From: Klebsormidium nitens
Taxonomy: Eukaryota > Plantae > Klebsormidiophyceae
Direction: 5' to 3'
NCBI GenBank assembly: GCA_000708835.1
Contig: DF237011.1
Coordinates: 188,764-252,763, forward strand
DNA length: 64,000 nt
The notes below the pieces were generated by a model. The model did not search any database, was not told where the DNA came from, and saw only the letters and a list, made by a program, of their open reading frames with translations. Shown piece by piece: positions 57,280 to 64,000 of the stretch. The stretch's first letter is position 1. The number at the start of each line of letters is the position of its first letter. Position numbers and translations under genes: made by a program.

Positions 57280-58850
57280 GCTGTGGACGCGCATGTTGTG
57301 CAAATGGAAAACTCCCCGCCCAGCCTGAGAAGCTCCCGTGCACGATTGGCAAAAAGTGACGCGCGCGCTCGGGAGTCAGTGGCGACCAATTAGGGCTGAG
57401 ATTTGGTCATATTTAGTGAATGGCGTGAGATTCAATCCAAGCAACCGACGTAACTACTCTCCGTAGACATGGGCAGCAAAAACAAAAGTTTTGTGTGTCC
57501 TTCTCACTTTGAGGCATCCAGTATCTTCTTGTTACTGGCACTTCGCAAACAGTGGCTTCGTGCTTCAGTACGGTCCTTGAAGCTGCAAACGTATGCTAAC
57601 TCAATGATGCTCGACCGACCACAGAGGACCCCGGATCGGCGTTATTAAACCTTATAAGGACGGCTCAACCCTTCGGCCAGCGCCCGGCGCAGTCAGCTAT
57701 GGCCGTTAAGGAACCTGGAAAGCTCTTATACTTTGATGCCCCCGTCCCCGTTCGACTAAAACGGGCCGGAGGCTTCGCACGAGTATTCCGCAAACCTCAG
57801 ATCACAACACCGTACAGTCGGGTACGCGCTTCAGACTTGTCATCCAGCCGCTGAGGAGTGGCCCCTTGCTCCGCCAGCCGTCTTTTCGTCAGTGCCCGAA
57901 GGACCTTCATGTGAGCAGCTTCCGCTCTCGGCTTTCGTAAAGCTAGCGCCGCGTTTGAGTGCTCAGGCGCAAACACTTTGCAAGCCGGGTGCAGTTCGGA
58001 AATCAGGATACACAACACGTCGCCGTACAACTTGCATGGTTGCTGTTTTCCTGTTTCGTGTCCACGTACAGAAGTAGAACTAGACTAAGGAGATTCTTTC
58101 AAAAGTACAGCAGGTTTGAACTGCAGCTGGTCTTGACTATAGACTACGTACAAACGTGTACCATCAGTATTCGTAACCCTACGAGGAGGATAAAGAAGGT
58201 CTCGGTAACTGCAGCCGACAACAATTCTGGGGTGTAACGGTCGGCTTCAACCGCAGTCGGAAAAATGAATGAGCGACGTACTGCTCAGTTCCACGCAATC
58301 GTTGCCGTATACAATAAACCTTTTCTGATCTAGAGGTGAAGAGGTAGAATTTGTGTGGGCCTGCCTTTCCCGCAGCTTGCGATCGACAGCAAACTTGAAG
58401 TCACCGCCAGATTCGACGATTCAAAGACACGAGAGCCACACTAAAATCCGAACGGGATGCATCGCCAGTGAAAGGAGCAGAAGGCAGGTTCCGCGTTCAC
58501 CTAATTCATGCGGCCGGCCACACAGAGTCTAGCTAATTTGAACGTTCAATGCGTTGAACAGTATGTAATTGACCAAGTTGAACGTTTCGACGGCTTAATT
58601 TTCAACGTTCCCACGCTTCCGCAGTCGAGATGGGTGGCTCCATGAAAGTGGTTCATAACCTCGGATAAGGCAAGTTAACCCGGCCTCAGGAAGGGCCCAT
58701 TCACTGCCAGAACTAGTGAGCGGAGACTGAATTATCTCTGCAAAAGTTCGGCCCGGCCGTAATATATACTCCTAACGGCAGCCAGTGCGAATTCTCACCA
58801 CGAAACGACATGGCAAGTGCCATGGAGGTGCTTGTCATTGTTTGCGCAAA
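57280..58850 (-). pseudogene. Copy 1 of a duplicated, decayed coding-like segment
   Basis: Collinear with 62180-63930 through many shared anchors (ggagtcagtggcgacca, ttcttgttactggcact, gtgagcagcttccgctctcg, tcaacgttcccacgctt). Minus-frame peptides align between the copies but are broken by stops and frameshifts. Confidence 0.55.
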
Positions 58851-61800
58851 TAGCTTCTGTCGTAATACCTATCTGCTTCGATCACTTTTGGGCAGTCACC
58901 CGAAAGCCCATCTACAAGCCGGCCTGCGAGCGAAGAGCGCGCGCGCGCGCGCGCGTCCGCTGAAATCAAGTAGATTCAACTTGAAAACTGGCGTATACAT
59001 CACACGGCAGCAGCTCACCCGATCCTGTGCACAGAGACCTTGACGCGGGAATGAGCAAAGCTGCTGACATCACGTAGGTTCTCCCTGCGCGTCATTACTA
59101 GGTTCAGCTTTGCGAGGTTTAAGTATATATTATCCGTAGCTAGTTCCAACTTCTCCCTTTCCGTCATCAGGAGATGTAACAGTCAGCTGACTGCGGGTAA
59201 GCCAACAGATCAACCCTTCATCGCCGCTGCGACATTTTTACTCGGATTTAATTCCGTTCATTGCCCATATGCAAGCACTTTCGTGTCGGCGGTTATCCGG
59301 GAGTCTTGAGTCCGTCACTCCAACGCAGCCCGGGGTCCGCTTCGTTCTCACGCCGCGCGCGCCAGGATCCACGGTCTCACGGTGGCGCCACCTTGTTTTC
59401 AGGGGCCGGCTCCATTCATTTGCGGTAACAAGACTTGAGTGCAGACAATAACAAACAAGCAGGTGTTTATATTGTATGGTTGATATGGCCTGTCGGCATC
59501 GAAGGAAAGCAAGGATATTGGTTAGGCTACACCGCCGACTGCGCAGAATCAATAGATCACACTGGATCACACGACGGCTTACTTGAACGTTCTCAGCCCT
59601 GGGAATACTGGATTCCAATGGCTCTGTTTCGCTTTGGAGGAAGTAGGAGCGTCTGAGGTGATTCAACCTCAGCGGGCCTCCCTTCATTGCCTAAAAGTAA
59701 GCGGAAAATGGACATTTTGCAACTGTAGCCCAAAAGTCTGGCAGCAGCCAGTGTGGGCACGATGGTGAAGCAATGAAGAATCCGAAAGGCAAGAGTTCTG
59801 TGAGATTCCTTTAGCAAATATCCTATGGCAGGCTGCTAGGTATCATCTCATTGCCGTCGACGTTTCGGGGTCAACCACTTAAGAAATGACGAGGCGGCCT
59901 GTGAGCGAAGCGCGCGCTCTGAACCTCAATTAGCCTTGCTTCATGAATAACCCAGCGGAGGCTGATGTGGCGCTTTGACGCAAATGAACTGTTATCAGGG
60001 GACCCAGACGCAGCAAGAAGCAAATAGACAAACCCAAAGGTGCCCGCCTCTGCGGGTGTTGGATCCAGAATCGCAAGCATTCGACCTGCATTTAATCCTC
60101 AGGAACGTCAGGATCACGCACTTCTGTATAAGAGTCATCCGCTGAAGAAGTAAGTCCAGGAATCAGCCCGCGTCGCCGCTACCGACTTGTTGCTTAGACA
60201 AAGTCACCTGATCCCAACCAGCTCTGAATACGACAGTCGCTAACAGCTCCGAGATTCCGTTTTTGAACAGTCGCATGATTTACGCTTTTGCGTTGAGGTG
60301 GCTCGGTGGTGGAGCGGAAGCGGACTCGATCAGATCAGAGGGATCGATGTGGCTTCGCTAAAAGGTGGTGGTTGATATTGATTCCGCAGGGCGATTTCGA
60401 GGCCCGTCCTTGAAGGATAGAAGCCGGCTCCTGTCAACGGCCGGGCCCGACTGGGTGATATAGATTTGTTTTGTCTGTCAGGAAAAAAAGAAGTCCTTTA
60501 TTTCGAATCCAGCGGGGGGGAATATAGTTTTTGCTCGTCCGCCCAATCAATTGATGAGTCAAATGTTCCAATAAATTCGAGAGGTGATGGTTCCAGTGGC
60601 TGGAACTAACAGCCAATTTGCTCCATCATTCTCATTGCCCGGTGACTCTTCATTTGCAACATCCTGGATCGTGTGACCCAGCGCTTCTTAGTTCAGGCGC
60701 CGAGTCTCCTCTGAAGTGATCGTAGTATTTCTGAGTTTTTAGGGTCTTAAGGTTTTTCGGATTTTACCCTAAAACCATTGAAAAAAAGTGTGTTTTCTCT
60801 TCACCTTGAGCCGGTGATCCTTCAAAATCCTGCATTAGGTGGCGATGCAAGCCCTACTCGAGGTCCTGACGTTGCTTTCTCATGGCTTCACGAGCTTCTA
60901 CTACGTGCGCAGGAGAATTGTGCGTAGCCAAACTTTCAAATCACGGCCGCAAAATTCAGTTTCGTACTCTTGTATGTTTATCTTTACTTTGCACGCACTG
61001 GTAGATCTGACAAAGATTGCAGGATAAGTCTCACTTAACGTGGCTAGAGCTGACCTGGCTTTGAAGTTAGCGGTGTGAGCCGTGACCAAAGGTAAATTGC
61101 TTGGCCAATAGTATATAGGCTAAGAGGTTTCTAAAAGATCTGTAGAACTCGCTAATGTGCTACTCTTCTGAACCGCATGCCTCGGGGTGGACATCATTCT
61201 ATCGGATCGCGACCTTGCGTTGATCCAAGAGCAGATACTTTTGGAAGTTACTTCGATCGATCGATACACATGTGGACCTTCTTGCAGACCTCAATCGATT
61301 AAGAGGTCGAAACGAGGATCCGATCGACAATAGGTTGCAGTGCAATATACAACCATGTATATTGCAATTCGCCTGGCTTCAATCAATGAAAAGCTTGCGG
61401 TCTTGAGGAGGAATCCCCACAGGATATTTGTTCATTGCCAGGAACAGCACTATTGATTTCGATTCTGCCACCCTGAGTTTAGACCATTCAAAGAGGCGGT
61501 AAGCCCGCAGCTTCTTCTCTAGTCCGCCCGCTAAGGAGGCCATCAGGCATACGAGTACCTTAGACCACCTTTTCAAGCTCCTGTTCATCTCGTTTTTGAG
61601 ACTTTCATTCCGACCAGATTTTTCCTCCGTTTCCGTGAAAGTCAAGTCAACGACTGTAGTGATGTATTTTTAAAACATTGATTTGCGGAAGCACAAATAC
61701 CGAGTGTTTAGGACCGTTCCACATCTCCAGTCGCTCCGGTTTGCCCGCCCCGTGTCGCCTCCACTTTTGTAGCGAAGGCGCCATGTGGATCTCCCAATTG

Positions 61801-62179
61801 CACGATTTTACCTGGATGTATTTACTTGGGGAAAGGTTTAGCGCACGAATCCCCTAATACTATGGTGCAGGGCCGGGCTGAAAAACTCTCATCAGCCTTT
61901 CCACGTTCAGGCCATGCTAAACGTCAAGGTCAACATGGGTTTCAGAAAACATTCCTTGCTTGACAAAAGCATGCGTCTGACATCATCGATCCGAACGGCA
62001 AGACGCGAATTGAAGAAGACCCAGAAACAACAAAATAACAGAGAGGAGTACTGCAATAGCACGGAGGTTCTTGTTCATTTTAGTTTGGAGGTTATGTTAA
62101 GGCTAGAAGTTGGTAGGAGAGACGAAGAAGCGGCGTCCAGTAAACGAATGGAAAGAGGGCAAGGCCCCACTTCTGGAAA

Positions 62180-63930
62180 TCTCGTGCGCGCGCCCTGACA
62201 AATTGCTGACGTGCAAAACTGCCCGCCCACAAGCCTGCAGAGACCGCACGCAGCCAGCGGCAAGAAATAAGGCGCACGATCAGGAGTCAGTGGCGACCAG
62301 GGGCTCTGAAACGGACATAAATGCATAACCCGAGATTTCGTCACGCGTAATATTTCCGTGAACATGGGCAGCGAAACGATCTTGCTAGTGTTTCATGTCC
62401 TTGCCACTCCGGCGCCGGCACATCCAGCAAATTCTTGTTACTGGCACTGTGCAACTGGCTCAGAATCTCAGGACAAGGTGTGCTTGAAGGATGCTTGATC
62501 TAACATTGCGTACCCGGATCGGTGTTATCAAGCGTGATCGTTTGAACTACGAACAGCTCAAGGGCCTTCTGCCAGCTACTTTACGGACGTTTAGGGCTCT
62601 GTAAAGCCTCGAGAACTTTGATGCCCGGTTCCCGTCCCAGATGAGCGGGTCGGAGTGCTTTTAAAGACTTTTCGCAATTCTGCTCACACGATCACTATCT
62701 TTCAGTTGGGTACTAGTAGCTTCAGAGTAGCATTTAGCACTGAGGAGGACCCTCGGCCAGCCGGCGTTTCGTCAGTGCCCAAAGGAAATGGTCTCAACTT
62801 CATGTTGACTAAGGGCCATGTCGACTAAGGAAAGTACCCGGGGAACGGATCGGGTGGATTCCGGATTCTCTGAGGTGGGTACGGGTGCAAAGCGTACGTG
62901 TCAATATTTCTTGGTCTATAGGTTTTTAGTTTTTCTGTTGCCACAAGCGCTATCCTTACTTAAAATGCTCTTGGTCAACCCTTAATCGTGAAGTATCCCG
63001 GAGGACCGTCGTGTGAGCAGCTTCCGCTCTCGTCCGACCGCATATGATTTCAGCGTGTCTTCGAGCCCCAGTACTTTGACACGGTATACCACACGTTGCC
63101 GTTCAAGATGGTGTTCGTGGTGACAAAACGAAATAAGTTACAAAAGCTCGTCGAGTAAAGAAACTGCTGGTGACATAGACTACCTTTTGCATTCGATATT
63201 TTGCATTTAAACAGCGAACCAAGTGATGTAGAGCAAACTTCAGAGGATATTGAGGAGGTCCCGAACGTACTTACAGCCACAAAAAGTTAGAGGCCACTAA
63301 GGAGGTCAAAAACGTAACTTCACTCGCCAAATCTTTGGGTTCACAGGACGGCTTCAACAGCATCAGGGATGTCATTGAGCGGACTGCTCACCTCCATTCA
63401 ATCATTGCCGGGTACAATAATCTATGATCTAGAAATGCGAAGAAATCATGTGGGCCTGCCCTTCTCGCAGCTTCCGACCGACAGCAAACGAAGAATCGTC
63501 GCCAGAGTCGACGTCGACATTTTCGAACACACGAGAGTCACACTGAAAGCCGAACGAAATATACCGCCAGAGGATAAAAGGACAATTGGAAGTTTTCGCC
63601 ATTCAGCTCCACGCGGCCAGCCACGTCACAGGGTCTAGCTTTGACGTTCAATGCTTTGAAAAAAGTAGATACTCGACAACGTTGCGCATTGTGACAGTTT
63701 ACACTCTCAACGTTCCCACGCTTTCGTAGTCGAGACGGGTGGCTCCATTGAAGTATACCACCTCGCCTAAGGCAAGTCAGGCTCAGTAAGGCCCCACTCA
63801 CTGCCCGATTTAGGAACGGAGACCGAAATACTTATATAAGTCTTGCAAAATCTCGGCTGGCCGAAGTTACGAAGCGCTGACGGCAGTCTGGGCGGGTTCA
63901 CCACAAAACGACAGGGCAACTGCCATGAAG
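62180..63930 (-). pseudogene. Copy 2 of the duplicated decayed segment, interrupted by a MITE-like insertion
   Basis: Same anchors as 57280-58850, with an extra ~215 bp between cagtgcccaaagga (62786) and ggaccgtcgtgtgag (~63003). Confidence 0.55.
62792..63000. mobile_element. MITE-like insertion, same family as 54286-54513
   Basis: Absent from the homologous position in copy 1 (~57900). Shares the left TIR-like end and the core with 54286-54513; the right end is degenerate. Confidence 0.65.
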
Positions 63931-64000
63931 GCGCGCCTGCCTTTAATGTTAGCGCATGCCTTCCAACTTGAAAGCTTCTGTGGCACTGCTACTTCATCGC

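Overview
Intron-rich eukaryotic genomic DNA with GT-AG introns and CTAAC/CTGAC-like branch points. It is probably a green-lineage alga, possibly a streptophyte such as Klebsormidium; that is an inference and the species is not established. I found no rRNA, tRNA or CRISPR array. From left to right the window holds: (1) a partial RING + TRAF-type zinc-finger gene (-); (2) a divergently transcribed ~1046-aa inward-rectifier (Kir/IRK)-like channel gene (+) whose pore lacks the TxGYG filter; (3) a small orphan gene; (4) a 3-exon secreted protein with tandem GRKLAAA motifs; (5) the main feature, a cluster of four 8-exon paralogs (A -, B -, C +, D -; 20.3-53.3 kb). Each paralog encodes signal peptide / variable Cys loop / EGF-like / Notch-type EGF / Pro-rich linker / three copies of a ~55-aa six-Cys repeat that I cannot assign to a known family. 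A and C splice into intact ORFs; B and D each carry one frameshift. The right end (53.5-64 kb) is a pile of non-autonomous DNA transposons (TA-flanked MITEs, a hAT element with an 8-bp TSD, a CACTA-like element) followed by two diverged copies of a decayed coding sequence. All gene models were spliced by hand, and exon phases were checked for consistency.
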